A stretch of 64,000 nucleotides of DNA from Heterodontus francisci. Taxonomy: Eukaryota. The translations under genes and the position numbers were made by a program. The notes beneath the pieces are model-generated. The model had not been told where the DNA came from. It searched no databases and worked only from the letters and a program-made list of their open reading frames with translations. Position 1 is the stretch's first letter. The number at the start of each line of letters is the position of its first letter. The stretch lies in contig NC_090401.1 in NCBI RefSeq assembly GCF_036365525.1, positions 31,083,036 to 31,147,035 on the forward strand. Reading direction: 5' to 3'. Positions 62,753-64,000 of this stretch are shown here, one piece after another.

Positions 62753-64000
62753 AACGGGATGTTGGAAACCAGTTGTTCTGACAGCAAGGAGGCCGACAGC
62801 TCACTGGATTCAGGCTGGCCCAACGTTGGCCACTGGAGACCGCTGGGCCTGCAGCAAGTTAATCCCAGTAGATTGTCGCAATGGGGATGGAGGGCTGCCC
62901 AGTGGCAGTGGCCCGGAAATGGGTGCCGTTCCCTTCTGCTACATGGTTGGCAACCCCACTGTGGATCACGTGTGGCGGGCGACCATTTTACATAGTAGAG
63001 GCAGAGCCCCCCACCACCCCCCCTCCAAATCACATGGCGGGGCGGGATGCGAGCAGTCAGTTACACCATCAGATGACTCTGGAGCAGGTACTGCTGCCAT
63101 ATTTAAAGGCCTGCCAGCCCTGCATTCACACCTGTTTTGGAGTTGTTTGCAGCTTTCAGTGTGCTGCTGAAAATGGTGTTGGATTGACTCCTGGATGACC
63201 ACCACCCCCCAAACTCCCGAGGAGGACACACAAGATGGCTGAGCCAAGACACAGGATGGACCCAGGGTTTAGTGGTGCCTCCCTGCAGATTCTCCTCCAG
63301 GCTGCATGGGAAAGGAGGGAGGTCCTCTTGCCCAGCGATGGCAAGAAGAGGTCCTCTCCCCTGACCAAGCAAGCCTGGACCGAAATAACAGAGGAGGTCA
63401 GCAGCTGTGGGGTCACCCAACACAACTGGGTGCAGTGCCGAAAGAGGGTCAATGACCTCCTGCGTTTGGCCAAGGTGTCTGCTCCATAACTCTCTATTAC
63501 TGAGTGTAAGTGGCTATGCAGGAGGATGTGGGGCATGATGAGGGTGGCACAACCACAGTGATGGCAGAGGGGGTAAGGCATCACTACATCCTGACAGATG
63601 CATGGCTGCATGTTGGCCACAGGCCACCTTCTTTCACAGCTCACCCCCCATTAACTCCCCTGAGAGCGGATGGGAGCATGAGCTATATGTGATGCCCCAA
63701 TAGGAGACAAGGGGCTGACACTAGCAGAACTGTCATGTTGATCACTCTGCGAATTCTTACTATCTCTCTCTTTCCACTTGCAGGACAAGAGGTCCCACAA
63801 CAGGAGAAAGATGGCTCAGTCTGGCAGAGACCTTCCAGATCTACGGCCTCTCACCCCAGCCGAGGAAGAGGCCTTGGAATTGTTAGGGACCAAGGGCAGA
63901 CACACCATATCAGATCGAGAGACTACAGTCTCTACACAAGAGAGTGAGGCTTGGCTTCCATCAACATACGGATCACTTCTGGAGACACACATCACTTATG
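62753..64000 (+). mobile_element. PIF/Harbinger transposon, Myb/SANT-gene portion (truncated by the window end)
   Basis: Matches 28570-29817. ORF 63235-63489 is Myb/SANT exon 1 with R>W and F>L changes. Confidence 0.85.

Larger units (their letters stand above)
31569..64000 (+). repeat. Tandem segmental duplication, unit copy 2 (~34.2 kb period; includes 2,624 bp absent from copy 1; runs off the window end)
   Basis: Colinear with 1-29817 apart from 46419-49042. Copy 1 junction reads ...ttaattgg|tcaaatttt (14850/14851); copy 2 reads ttaattgg(46418)...tg|tcaaatttt(49043). Confidence 0.97.

Noticed and set aside
1-64000. CRISPR arrays, rRNA, prokaryotic operons
   Set aside because: No short regularly spaced repeats or rRNA-like sequence; the intron-exon structure and vertebrate retroelements show this is eukaryotic DNA.

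Overview
Eukaryotic (vertebrate) genomic DNA. The repeat content (HE1-like V-SINE, Deu-domain SINEs, CR1/L2 LINEs) points to a cartilaginous fish (inference). Almost the whole window is a near-identical direct tandem duplication: position x recurs at x+~31,568 up to 14850, and at x+~34,190 after that, because the second copy carries an extra 2,624 bp (46419-49042). Each unit holds two spliced minus-strand genes of the interferon-stimulated ISG12/IFI27/IFI6 (Ifi-6-16 domain) family, which I reconstructed by hand from splice sites. Gene A is a short IFI27-type protein (94 aa). Gene B is 127 aa with a signal-peptide-like N-terminus, two micro-exons and an acidic tail, resembling IFI6. Each unit also contains a decayed PIF/Harbinger transposon (convergent Myb/SANT gene and DDE transposase) plus many CR1/L2 fragments, SINEs, solo LTRs and MITEs. 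Main observations: (i) an IFI6-like and an IFI27-like gene sit in tandem and share a homologous core promoter and first exon; (ii) an ISRE cluster homologous to gene B's, but inverted, lies in the segment missing from copy 1; (iii) copy 1 also has a point change in a gene B ISRE, so the two copies may differ in interferon inducibility. A false duplication of two haplotypes by the assembler cannot be excluded from sequence alone.
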